Shown here: positions 54,071-63,159 of the stretch, piece by piece
Numbering within the stretch: position 1 is the stretch's first letter
Layout: the number at the start of each line of letters is the position of its first letter
Source: Patescibacteria group bacterium
GTDB taxonomy: Bacteria > Patescibacteriota > Minisyncoccia > Moranbacterales > UBA2206
DNA: 64,000 nucleotides
Assembly (NCBI GenBank): GCA_022709735.1
Contig: JAKLIG010000001.1
Coordinates: forward strand, 192,586 to 256,585
Direction: 5' to 3'
Made by a program: the position numbers and the translations under genes
Notes under the pieces: generated by a model
What the model was told of the DNA's origin: nothing
What the model saw: only the letters and a program-made list of their open reading frames with translations
Database searches by the model: none

Positions 54071-54088
54071 GCATACTAAAATAGTATG
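54071..54088. promoter_or_regulatory. Candidate Rrf2/IscR-type operator palindrome in the rrf2-iscSU promoter
   Basis: catacta-aaa-tagtatg, a 7-bp perfect inverted repeat about 10-25 nt upstream of the Rrf2 start. ttgaca at about 54038 upstream. Confidence 0.4.
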
Positions 54089-54096
54089 ATTAATAT

Positions 54097-54486
54097 ATGT
54101 TGAATTTTTCTACAAAAGGGGAGTATGGGCTTCGGGCGGTAGTCAACCTGGCTCGCAGTTACCCTAAGATCAAAAATATCAAAGCAATATCCATAGAAGA
54201 AAATATTTCCGCTAAATATCTGGAACGATTAATCGGAGAACTTCGAAAAAATAATTTAGTCAAAAGTATCAAAGGAAAAAATGGCGGATATGTTTTAGCA
54301 AGAAAGCCGAGAGAAATTTCAGCAGGGGAAGTGATTGAAGTTATGGAAGGACAGATGACTTCCAAATGCAATGGAACGCACTGCGCTCATATGAAAGATT
54401 GTGCTTCCAGTGTTGTATGGATAAAGCTGGGTGAGCAGATTAAAAAAACTTTATATGGGATTAAATTAAGCGAATTAATAAAATAA
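54097..54486 (+). CDS. Rrf2-family transcriptional regulator (IscR-like)
   Basis: 129 aa. MLNFSTKGEYGLRAVVNLA wHTH N-terminus. Three Cys CNGTHCAHMKDC for a possible Fe-S ligand set. Confidence 0.85.
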   Translation: MLNFSTKGEYGLRAVVNLARSYPKIKNIKAISIEENISAKYLERLIGELRKNNLVKSIKGKNGGYVLARKPREISAGEVIEVMEGQMTSKCNGTHCAHMKDCASSVVWIKLGEQIKKTLYGIKLSELIK

Positions 54487-54489
54487 TTT

Positions 54490-55683
54490 ATGCATAGGAT
54501 ATATTTAGATAATGCGGCGACTACGCCGGTGGATAAAAAAGTATTTGAGGAGATGAAACCGTATTTTAGTGATAATTTTGGCAATGCGTCATCTATACAT
54601 AATTTTGGAAGAAACGCTAGCGAGGCAGTGGAAAAAGCGAGAAAACAAGTCGCAGATTTTTTTGGCGCTGATTCAGGCGAAATCATTTTTACCAGCGGAG
54701 CAACAGAATCAAATAACTTAGCCATAAAGGGAATTGTCAAAGCGCATTATAAAAAAGAAAAAGCTAAACCGCATATAATCACGACTGCTTTTGAGCATCA
54801 TTGCGTGCTGAATGCTGTAAAAAATTTAGAAAAAGAAAATTTAATCGAGGCAACTTATATAAAACCTGAAAGAGACGGGGTTATTAATATTCTTGATATA
54901 AAAAAGGCGATCAGACCAAATACAATTTTAGTTTCTGTTATGTATGTGAACAATGAAATCGGAACAGTCCAGCCAATAAAAGGAATAAGCCAAATGCTAA
55001 AAAAATATAATTCAAATATAATTTTTCATACGGACGCGACGCAAGCGGTGAATTATTTTGATTGCAATGTCAAAAAATTAGGCGTGGATTTGATGAGTAT
55101 GTCGGCGCATAAAATTTATGGGCCAAAGGGAGTAGGGGCTTTGTATGTCAAAAAAGGCCTTAATATAGCCAAAATACAGGATGGCGGAGAACAGGAAAGG
55201 GGTTTGCGAGCTGGAACGCTGAATGTGCCGGGAATTGTGGGACTTGGAGTGGCTATGGCAGGAATTAGGAATTATGAATCAGGAATTAGGAAAATAAAAT
55301 CGCTTCGCGATTATTTAATAAAAAGAGTTTTGAGAGAAATTCCGAATTCAAAATTAAATGGATCAAAAATAAAACGATCACCTAATAATGTTAATTTTAG
55401 TTTTCCAGGCGTAGAAGGGGAAAGTCTGATTATGATGCTGGATGCTGATGGAATTTCTGCTTCAACCGGTTCGGCTTGTTCGTCAGGAACACTTGAGCCG
55501 TCGCATGTTCTTCTTTCGATAGGCTCGAAGCCCGAAGAAGCGCATAGTTCGCTCCGTATAACTTTGGGCAAATATACTACAAAAAAAGAAATTGATTATA
55601 CTATAGGCGTACTTAAAGAATCTATAAATAAATTAAGAAAAATTTCAGGCAATGTTTTAAGTGATTATTATAAGCTTAAATAA
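54490..55683 (+). CDS. iscS: Cysteine desulfurase (IscS/NifS class)
   Basis: 397 aa. IYLDNAATTPVD, SAHKIYGPKGVGALYV (PLP-Lys), SSGSACSSG (active-site Cys loop). Confidence 0.92.
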   Translation: MHRIYLDNAATTPVDKKVFEEMKPYFSDNFGNASSIHNFGRNASEAVEKARKQVADFFGADSGEIIFTSGATESNNLAIKGIVKAHYKKEKAKPHIITTAFEHHCVLNAVKNLEKENLIEATYIKPERDGVINILDIKKAIRPNTILVSVMYVNNEIGTVQPIKGISQMLKKYNSNIIFHTDATQAVNYFDCNVKKLGVDLMSMSAHKIYGPKGVGALYVKKGLNIAKIQDGGEQERGLRAGTLNVPGIVGLGVAMAGIRNYESGIRKIKSLRDYLIKRVLREIPNSKLNGSKIKRSPNNVNFSFPGVEGESLIMMLDADGISASTGSACSSGTLEPSHVLLSIGSKPEEAHSSLRITLGKYTTKKEIDYTIGVLKESINKLRKISGNVLSDYYKLK

Positions 55684-55789
55684 TTTTTCAATTATCAATT
55701 TACAATTTTCAATCAATTTTCAATTATTAAAATTTAAAATTAATACTTCGCTGAAAATTGATAATTGTAAATTGAAAATTATATTATAT

Positions 55790-56173
55790 ATGTATTCAAA
55801 AAAAGTCATTGAACATTTTACTAAGCCTCATAATCAAGGAACAATAAAAAGCCCTGACGGCGTTGGTATTGTTGGCAATCCGGTATGCGGAGATTTGATG
55901 AAAATTTATATTAAAATTAAAAAGGAAAAGAAAAATGAAATTATAAAAGATATTAAATTTGAAACATTGGGCTGTGCTAGCGCGATTGCGACATCTTCTA
56001 TGATTACTGACCTTGCCAAAGGGAAGACGGTAGGGGAAGCCCTCAAGATTACCAGAAACGATGTGGCAGAAGCGCTGGAAGGTTTGCCACCGATAAAAAT
56101 GCATTGTTCAAATTTAGCGGCCGACGGATTGCATGAGGCGATAAAGGATTACCAAAAAAGAATTAGGAATTAG
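55790..56173 (+). CDS. iscU: Fe-S cluster assembly scaffold IscU/NifU-like
   Basis: MYSKKVIEHFTKPHNQG...GNPVCGDLMKIY...LGCASAIATS...MHCSNLA (three conserved Cys plus His). Start moved to the internal ATG at about 55790. The longer ORF from 55661 runs through an AT-rich repeat region. Confidence 0.88.
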   Translation: MYSKKVIEHFTKPHNQGTIKSPDGVGIVGNPVCGDLMKIYIKIKKEKKNEIIKDIKFETLGCASAIATSSMITDLAKGKTVGEALKITRNDVAEALEGLPPIKMHCSNLAADGLHEAIKDYQKRIRN

Positions 56174-56193
56174 GAAGCAGGAATTATGAATAA

Positions 56194-56228
56194 TAAAAAA
56201 ACGTTCAAATTGTGATTGAGCGTTTTCT
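56194..56228 (+). terminator. Putative terminator after iscU
   Basis: aaaaaaacgttca-aattgtgat-tgagcgttttct. Confidence 0.45.
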
Positions 56229-56357
56229 ATTTAAAGGGGAGCGGCTGGACTGGAATATTTAGAGTGTCGCACAATGATACTTATACGACGCTGTATATCA
56301 TTTAAGGCTTGTTTGAAGCAGTGCCTATTAGATACATCAATGTATCCTAAAACAAAT

Positions 56358-56397
56358 AAAAACAGCTCTCAAGTCAATTTTGAAAGCTGTTTTTTGA
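56358..56397. terminator. Bidirectional hairpin terminator downstream of the 1032-aa gene
   Basis: aaaaacagct-ctcaagtcaattttgaa-agctgtttttt. Confidence 0.6.
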
Positions 56398-56434
56398 AAA
56401 ATAAAATAATTTTATAAAATATTTTTTATTTTAT

Positions 56435-59400
56435 TTATTTTTTAACAAAATCCATGAACGCTCTATATTTTGGCGCTTCAGATGCGGGCTGATCCATATA
56501 TTCTAAAATTCCCCAATAGCCATATTGGTTGAAAGCGTTTATAAATTCAAAATTCATAAATATCCCTCCCCCATTGTCGAACCACCAGTTAAAATATTTT
56601 TTATATAAATCATACATTCTGGAATCTTTATTGGCTGCAGTAAATGTCGTGGACAGTGTGTCATTGTCTGCAATAAGACTCTGTCCCCCTTCGTAAGCGA
56701 TTAAATCGAGTTTATATGTATCGGCTAAATTTTTATGTTTAACTCTTCGGGGCTCCAAATATTCGCTGATATTTTTTTCCATCAGTGAAAAAAGTTCATT
56801 AACAGTTACGGAAGTGGAATAAGTTTTATTTTTTCCTTCTCCTGCGCTAAAATATGGAGCAACTGCCAAGGCCTCAACTTGGATTTTATCAGGATTGATA
56901 TCTGAATTATCATAAGCTTTCATTCTTTGTTCGGCATGCCAGAACAATCCGAATTGGCTGGAGATAACATTTATGACTCTGTCATCCCCCAATTCGTTTT
57001 CAAATACTTTGAATATTTCCAATGCTCTTTTGGTGTAAAAAGCATCCATCGGACCAATTTTACTGGCCACTATTTTACTATCCGTTTCTCCCATATATCG
57101 GGCATAAGTTGTCTGATGCCAAAAACCGGGAGCGGTGTTCCAAATTTCATTGGAATATTCGATATACACTTTCTTCCCGGATTTTAGTCGACTTTTGATT
57201 AATTTTGCCATTTCTCGGACATATTCATTATCTGCCAAATGAGGAACGCAAAACCATGCATCAGCCTCTGTTTTATTGGTGAAATCAATCAAATCTTCCA
57301 TCGGAACTCCTGGTTCAATGATTGATTGCCAACTTAAATTATTATATCCCTTGACGCTTAATAATTTAAGTTTAGCATCCACTCTTAAGTCCAAATAAAA
57401 ACTAGAGTCATCTATTTTTTCAATTTCCAAGCCGTATGCACTGTCAAAATTCTTTTCTTTTTGGGCGCCAGTTTCATCAATATAGGAAACACTCAAGGCG
57501 TAATTCGGTTTTAAATTTATTCTCTGTCCAGTTTCTAATTTGTGGGGAGCTTGAGCGGTTATTTTCAGGACATGTTCTTTTTTAAGCATTTTTTCTCCAG
57601 TATTTGCCAGCGATACATTAGCAGAACTTCCTTCAATAATTTTTTTCCAACTTCGATTAATTTTATCAGGCGTATTCCTGTCTTCCCAGCGCACAATATT
57701 TTGTCCATTGGTTTTTTGTTCGCCCATAAAACGAAAAGCTTTTGCTCCTTTCGCTAATTCAAAAACCTTTGGATAAAATCGATCAGCCTCTTCGTATCCA
57801 GGAATAATTAATCTGATATTTCTGACCGGATTGTTTTCGTCCGATTTCAACACATATAAATAAATGCCGGTTTTGTCTGAATTATCAATAGACACGGAAT
57901 TTTTAACGCCTCCTTGAGTGAAAATACTTTCCTTGCTCGCATTTCTGATTCTAATCTCCCCTGCTCCATCAAAAATCAAAGTATAATTTCCCGAAGGATA
58001 ATGCGATTGAGTGCTGGAAAAAACATGTACTCCTAGATGATAATCTTGCCCATTATATTGATAGGGAATTTTTTCAGTCGGATAGCCGTTTTCATTTAAT
58101 TTTGGAAGCGGAATTGTTCCCTTGGTATTTGAGTGAGTGATGGCTTTATCCGGATTATATTTAGTTGTGTAATAAACATCCCAAGGATAACTGGTCATTT
58201 CCATTGCATTTGGAGAGGTTATTCCGGTATCGTAATATTTGGATCCTATGTCGATATTTAATCCCATGCCCTGGCTCTTTGCATCAATGCTTATCGGAGT
58301 AGTATCACTAGGGATATTTACAGCGGGGATATTATCGTTTAAAACCGGTTCATTTATTAAAGTTGTGTCTGTATCCAAAATCGGAATATTATTATCAATC
58401 GGTTCGCCGATTAAAGTTGCATCTATATTTGAAGCATCCTTTTCTTCTGTGGGTAGGATTTTTTTAGTAAAGCTATAAGTATTTTCAAACTTATTATTCT
58501 CCGGATCAATTGCTTTTTCCAATTTAGCAATTTTACTGTTGAAATCAACTATTTTTGCTTGATTTTCTTCAATTGTTTTTTTAAAATCAGCTATTTTTTT
58601 GTCCCGTTTTTCTTTGGTATCCGTGTTTTCTAATTTAGTCTTAAGCTCATCAACTTTTTTCTGAAATTCTTCCCTATCTTGTTTAATATTGACTAATTGT
58701 TCATTTTCTGTTTTTGCTATTTTTGCATCCAAGTTTGCTACTTTGGCTTGGTTTTTTTCAATTGATAATGTTACATTCGCAATCCGATCGGCAGAAGCAT
58801 TTTTGGCTGTTAAATCAGCTAATTTTGCCTTAAACTCATCAACTTTTTTTTGAAAATCATCCCTGGTTTTTTTGAGCGTGACTAATTGTTCATTTTCTAT
58901 CGCGGCTATTCTTTTATCAATTTCTACTATTTTAGCTTGAGCTTTTTCAAGCTCACTTTTTATTCCGGCAGCTACTTTCTCTAATTCTTCCGGACTGTTT
59001 TTCAGATTTAATTCAATTAGCGTAGCGTTATATCCATCAACATTTTTTTGCAAAGAATCCCTTTTTTTTATATGATTAGCCAATAGCTCTGCATTTTTTC
59101 CGCCATCATCAGCTGTTCCATATATTTTTAAATATTGGTTTTGTTCGGCTAAAAAAGTTAGTTTTGTTTTTTCTTGAGATTTTTTTGTTAGATCAATTGT
59201 CTGTTCTTCTCCTCCTTGCCATTGAAATTTAGCAGAGTTAACATATTTTCCGCATCTTATAGCTACGGATTTTTTTTTATCAAATGATCCTCCTGATGGA
59301 TCCGCAATACATTGATTGTCGGGTACGGCAATACTTGCTTTGGAAAAAAGACTCCACTCGGCTGATACTGACCAAATTATGGCGGCAGCAGCGCCAGAAA

Positions 59401-59533
59401 TGAAAGCTAAGGCAAAAACGCCTTGCCATGTTTTTATTTCTGTTTTCTTGATGAAGACATATGTTTTTGTCCACCAAGAATATGTTTTTTGGGCAGAAAC
59501 ATCAATTGGGCGAAGTTTTTTTTGCGTATCCAT
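56435..59533 (-). CDS. Large anchored surface protein: N-terminal TM, coiled-coil repeat region, C-terminal possible clan GH-A-like glycoside hydrolase domain
   Basis: 1032 aa. TM at residues about 37-60. Residues about 150-340 are heptad-rich, with repeated blocks (..NEQLV.LK..RDDFQKKVDEFKAKL.. three times). The C-terminal about 450 aa contains YIEYSNEIWN (NE acid/base-like) and IAYEGGQS (nucleophile-like). Confidence 0.5.
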   Translation of the reverse strand: MDTQKKLRPIDVSAQKTYSWWTKTYVFIKKTEIKTWQGVFALAFISGAAAAIIWSVSAEWSLFSKASIAVPDNQCIADPSGGSFDKKKSVAIRCGKYVNSAKFQWQGGEEQTIDLTKKSQEKTKLTFLAEQNQYLKIYGTADDGGKNAELLANHIKKRDSLQKNVDGYNATLIELNLKNSPEELEKVAAGIKSELEKAQAKIVEIDKRIAAIENEQLVTLKKTRDDFQKKVDEFKAKLADLTAKNASADRIANVTLSIEKNQAKVANLDAKIAKTENEQLVNIKQDREEFQKKVDELKTKLENTDTKEKRDKKIADFKKTIEENQAKIVDFNSKIAKLEKAIDPENNKFENTYSFTKKILPTEEKDASNIDATLIGEPIDNNIPILDTDTTLINEPVLNDNIPAVNIPSDTTPISIDAKSQGMGLNIDIGSKYYDTGITSPNAMEMTSYPWDVYYTTKYNPDKAITHSNTKGTIPLPKLNENGYPTEKIPYQYNGQDYHLGVHVFSSTQSHYPSGNYTLIFDGAGEIRIRNASKESIFTQGGVKNSVSIDNSDKTGIYLYVLKSDENNPVRNIRLIIPGYEEADRFYPKVFELAKGAKAFRFMGEQKTNGQNIVRWEDRNTPDKINRSWKKIIEGSSANVSLANTGEKMLKKEHVLKITAQAPHKLETGQRINLKPNYALSVSYIDETGAQKEKNFDSAYGLEIEKIDDSSFYLDLRVDAKLKLLSVKGYNNLSWQSIIEPGVPMEDLIDFTNKTEADAWFCVPHLADNEYVREMAKLIKSRLKSGKKVYIEYSNEIWNTAPGFWHQTTYARYMGETDSKIVASKIGPMDAFYTKRALEIFKVFENELGDDRVINVISSQFGLFWHAEQRMKAYDNSDINPDKIQVEALAVAPYFSAGEGKNKTYSTSVTVNELFSLMEKNISEYLEPRRVKHKNLADTYKLDLIAYEGGQSLIADNDTLSTTFTAANKDSRMYDLYKKYFNWWFDNGGGIFMNFEFINAFNQYGYWGILEYMDQPASEAPKYRAFMDFVKK

Positions 59534-59539
59534 TTTTTT

Positions 59540-59986
59540 TTATATTAATTTAATAATGTCTGCCTGAGTTACTATGCCGGCCAAACTCATATCCTTGTTG
59601 ATTACCGGAAAGGTGAAAAAATGTTTTTCTTTTATTATTTTTATCATTTCATCAGTTTCCGAATCGGGCTCCAAAGTGACGCATTCTGCCGTCATTATAT
59701 CACCCGCCGTCGAATTCACAAGTTTCTCAATTTCTTCTTTTTTTTCTTTATTTAGATCGCCTGAAATTTTTGTTTCTTTCAGAAAATTTATATAGGAAGG
59801 CAGATATAAATCCGGAAGGCTGTTTACAAAAAAATCCGTTTCTGTAACTATGCCGGCCAATTGGCCGTTTTTCAAAATTGGAATTCCATGAATCCTGTTT
59901 TTTGTCATAAGCTCGGCGATTTTTGAAATTTTGTCGCTTATGTCAGCGGTAATAACTTCTTTTGTCATTATTTCTTTTATTTTCAT
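59540..59986 (-). CDS. CBS-domain pair protein
   Basis: 148 aa. Two CBS motifs (..HGIPIL.NGQLAGIVTETD.. and ..FTFPVINKDMSLAGIVTQADI..). Confidence 0.8.
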   Translation of the reverse strand: MKIKEIMTKEVITADISDKISKIAELMTKNRIHGIPILKNGQLAGIVTETDFFVNSLPDLYLPSYINFLKETKISGDLNKEKKEEIEKLVNSTAGDIMTAECVTLEPDSETDEMIKIIKEKHFFTFPVINKDMSLAGIVTQADIIKLI

Positions 59987-60009
59987 AATATAATAATAAA
60001 TTAATTAGT

Positions 60010-61296
60010 TTATTTCAGATATTTTGTCGGATTAATTGAAGCGCCGACCGGAATCATAAGGCCTTTGACATATTTTGACTGTGCAGTCTCGAAACTTTTT
60101 GAAGTGAAAACAGAAAAATGAAGATGCGGACCGGTTGAATTTCCTGTGTTTCCGCTTTTTCCGATTTTGTCGCCAGTTTTAACTTGGCTACCTTTGGATA
60201 CTGATTGGCTACTAAGATGTCCGTATAATGTGGTTAGTCCATCGCCATGATCAATCGCAATCCATTTTCCATAAGCATACTTCCCATTATTTCCGGTTCC
60301 GACAACTTTTCCCCCTTTAACTGCAAAAATATTATTTCCTACACTAACTCCATAATCGATTCCGTTATGAGGCTTTCCTCCATAGGCTCCTTTTTTAGCA
60401 TAAGAAGTCATGCCGTATCCTTGAGTAACTCGCACAGAAGAAACAGGATAGTTAAAATACCCTCCCTTGGCGGCCGGAACCTTGCTGTAGTCAACTGATT
60501 TCCCGGATTCCAAATTATATATTTCATTTTCGATGTCGGATAATAATTTTTCATATCTTTCTTTTTCCGCCTTGGTTTGAGCGAGAAGAATTTCCTTCTG
60601 GTTTTCGCTTAATTGTAGTTTATCTTTTTCATCTTCAAGTTTTCCTTTTAAATTAATACTTTGATCCAAAGAATTCTGAAGTTCCTGCTGGTCATTAAAT
60701 AATTCTTTTTGAGATGATTTCATTTCTTCTAAAAGATCGGAAATTTTAGTTCCAGATTGCCCGATATAATCTGTTTGCCCAAAAGGATTCAGAATATTTT
60801 TATTCAAGACAACTATTTCTAAAATCCCCTGTTGATCATAATCATAGTAGGACTGGATTAGCCCGGAAAGTATTTTCTTTTGATTGGAAATTTCTTTTTC
60901 TTTTTGCTCGATATCTTTTTCTAGGGAACTGATTTTTTCAGAAAGAGTTTCAATACCTTTGGCGGTTTCTCTAAGAGTTTTTTGATTTTCACTTTGTTGG
61001 CTGTTTATGTAATTTAGCTGATTGTTGAGAATTCCTTGCTGTTTTATTTTTGTTTCTATTATTTTTTCATAAGCGTCAGCTTTTTTGCAATTTTCTTCGC
61101 ATTTATCTCTAGCGTCCTTATCAGTCAGATAAACATCCTGGCATTTATCAGTGCAATCGCTGGCTATTACACTTTTAGAAAATAAAAAAATTGCGATAAA
61201 AATAATCGGTATTAAAAATAATAATTTTTCCGCCAGAGGCGCCCTGCCTGCCGGCAGGCAGGGATCAGCCTTTGGCTGAAATTTTTTTTCTATCAT
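60010..61296 (-). CDS. M23-family peptidoglycan metalloendopeptidase with N-terminal TM and coiled-coil (EnvC-like architecture)
   Basis: 428 aa. C-terminus has HNGIDYGVSVGNNIFAVKGGKVV...GHLS...GNTGNSTGPHLHFSV (HxxxD ... HxH). The central about 200 aa is coiled-coil. The true start may lie downstream of the GC palindrome at 61242-61263. Confidence 0.8.
   Translation of the reverse strand: MIEKKFQPKADPCLPAGRAPLAEKLLFLIPIIFIAIFLFSKSVIASDCTDKCQDVYLTDKDARDKCEENCKKADAYEKIIETKIKQQGILNNQLNYINSQQSENQKTLRETAKGIETLSEKISSLEKDIEQKEKEISNQKKILSGLIQSYYDYDQQGILEIVVLNKNILNPFGQTDYIGQSGTKISDLLEEMKSSQKELFNDQQELQNSLDQSINLKGKLEDEKDKLQLSENQKEILLAQTKAEKERYEKLLSDIENEIYNLESGKSVDYSKVPAAKGGYFNYPVSSVRVTQGYGMTSYAKKGAYGGKPHNGIDYGVSVGNNIFAVKGGKVVGTGNNGKYAYGKWIAIDHGDGLTTLYGHLSSQSVSKGSQVKTGDKIGKSGNTGNSTGPHLHFSVFTSKSFETAQSKYVKGLMIPVGASINPTKYLK
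61242..61263. repeat. Perfect 22-nt GC-rich palindrome (ccctgcctgccggcaggcaggg)
   Basis: Self-complementary over 22 nt, flanked by ggcgcc/cgccagagg. Extremely GC-rich for this genome. Lies 38 nt downstream of the gltX stop, within the annotated 5' end of the M23 peptidase ORF. Confidence 0.7.
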
Positions 61297-61300
61297 TTTT

Positions 61301-62755
61301 TTATATTTTTTCGATGGCTGTTTTAATTCTTTTTAAGCTTTCCTCTTTGCCTAAAACCCAAGCGCATTCAAACGGCGAGGGTGATTTTTTTTCTCCGGTA
61401 AGAGACGCGCGAAGTGGCCAAAGTAGCTCACCTCTATTTTCTCCAGCTGATTCCATAAGAATTTTTTCTAAGTTTTCGCGATTCCAATCGGTTTCTGAAA
61501 TATTTTCCAAAACTGCTTTCGATTTTTCCAAAGATTCTTTTAGTTTTTCATCCGATATATCTTTCCATCTTAATAATTCTTTATCATAATTTATTTCTTC
61601 AAAAAAGAACTTATTGCTCTCCCCTATTTCAGATAATTTAGTAAGTCGTTCGCGTTCGATCAATAGAACTTTTTTAATATATTCTTCTGATTTATTTTCT
61701 TTTATAAATTCCAACGAACGCTCATATAAATCATCTAGCGAGATTTTCTTTATCCACTGCGAATTTATCCAATCTAGTTTTTTGATGTCAAAAACTGCGC
61801 CAGCTTTGTGGACATGCGACAAATCAAATTTTTGAATTAATTCCGAAAGTGTAAAAATTTCTTGCGTTTCCCCTTCTCCTGGATTCCAGCCCAAAAGCGC
61901 GACAAAATTTATGAGTGCTTCTTTCAGATAGCCTTTTTTTATATAATCTTCGACAGCAACATCGCCTTGTCGTTTGGAAAGTTTTGATTTGTCAGTGTTC
62001 AAAAGAAGCGGTAGATGAGCCACGGCTGGAATTTCCCAGCCAAAATTTTCATATAATTGAATATATTTAGGCGTGCTGGAAACATATTCTTCCCCGCGAA
62101 AAATATGGGATATCTCCATTAAGTGATCATCAATCACATTGGCAAAATTATAAGTTGGATAACCGTCTGATTTGAGAAGAATTTGGTCGTCCAATAGATC
62201 ATTTTTTATGCTAACTTTTCCTCGGATTAGGTCATTAAATTCCGTAAAACCCTGCGTGTTTATTTTTTGCCGAATAACATATTTTTCTCCACTTTCCAAT
62301 CTTTTTTTAATTTCTTCAGAAGATAATTTCAAACAGCATTGATCATACATCGGCGCTTGCTTTTGCGCCAACTGATTTTGGCGCATTTCTTCCAATCTTT
62401 CCGGCGTGCAAAAACAATAGTAAGCTTTTCCGCTCCCTAGTAATTGCTCGGCATATTTTTTGTAAATTTCTAATCTTTTGGACTGCGTATAAGGACCAAA
62501 ATTTCCCTTTTCAATAGCTTTTCCATTTTCCATATAAACACCTTCGGCATATTCAAACCCTGCCCAGTTTATGATGCTTATCAATTTTTCCAAGGCGTCT
62601 TCAACCTGTCTTTTCTGGTCAGTGTCTTCGATGCGCAAGATAAAATCCCCGCCAGATTTTTTGGCGAAAAGATAAGTATAAAGAGCCGTGCGAAAATTTC
62701 CCACATGCATATATCCGGTTGGCGACGGCGCAAATCTAACGCGAATTTTGTTCAT
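61301..62755 (-). CDS. gltX: Glutamate--tRNA ligase
   Basis: 484 aa. RVRFAPSPTGYMHVGNFRTALYTYLFAKK (HIGH-region variant). KLSKRQG (KMSKS). Confidence 0.95.
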   Translation of the reverse strand: MNKIRVRFAPSPTGYMHVGNFRTALYTYLFAKKSGGDFILRIEDTDQKRQVEDALEKLISIINWAGFEYAEGVYMENGKAIEKGNFGPYTQSKRLEIYKKYAEQLLGSGKAYYCFCTPERLEEMRQNQLAQKQAPMYDQCCLKLSSEEIKKRLESGEKYVIRQKINTQGFTEFNDLIRGKVSIKNDLLDDQILLKSDGYPTYNFANVIDDHLMEISHIFRGEEYVSSTPKYIQLYENFGWEIPAVAHLPLLLNTDKSKLSKRQGDVAVEDYIKKGYLKEALINFVALLGWNPGEGETQEIFTLSELIQKFDLSHVHKAGAVFDIKKLDWINSQWIKKISLDDLYERSLEFIKENKSEEYIKKVLLIERERLTKLSEIGESNKFFFEEINYDKELLRWKDISDEKLKESLEKSKAVLENISETDWNRENLEKILMESAGENRGELLWPLRASLTGEKKSPSPFECAWVLGKEESLKRIKTAIEKI

Positions 62756-62763
62756 ATATTTTT

Positions 62764-63153
62764 TTAATAATTTCCTTTGCCTGGGATAATATTTCGAATT
62801 CCTCCTTTTGGGTTTTCAACATCTCCTTTATAACGAGGTATGATATGAATATGAAGATGATGAATTGTTCTGCCTGCTAGTTCCCCGTCGTTTATTCCTA
62901 CATTAAAGTCATCCGGATTATATTTATTAGTTATTATTTTTCTAGTCTCTTTTATTATCTCATACATTTTTAATAATTCTTCCTTATTTAAATCAAAAAA
63001 TGAAATTATATGTTTTTTAGGGATAATTTCTGCATGTCCTTTAGCAACAGGAAAATTATCCCATCTAGAATAAAATAATTCATTTTCTATAATTATTTTA
63101 TGTTTTTCTTTGTTATTCCGATCACAAAATAAACAATATTTTTTTTCTTGCAT
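62764..63153 (-). CDS. HIT-family (histidine triad) hydrolase
   Basis: 129 aa. HHLHIHIIPR histidine triad. N-terminal CLFC. Confidence 0.85.
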   Translation of the reverse strand: MQEKKYCLFCDRNNKEKHKIIIENELFYSRWDNFPVAKGHAEIIPKKHIISFFDLNKEELLKMYEIIKETRKIITNKYNPDDFNVGINDGELAGRTIHHLHIHIIPRYKGDVENPKGGIRNIIPGKGNY

Positions 63154-63159
63154 AAAACT

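Noticed and set aside
55661-55789. N-terminal 43 codons of the 170-aa ORF call for iscU
   Set aside because: This part runs through an AT-rich ttttcaat repeat tract and encodes low-complexity I/N/L/F sequence. IscU homology starts at MYSKKVIEHF, about 55790.
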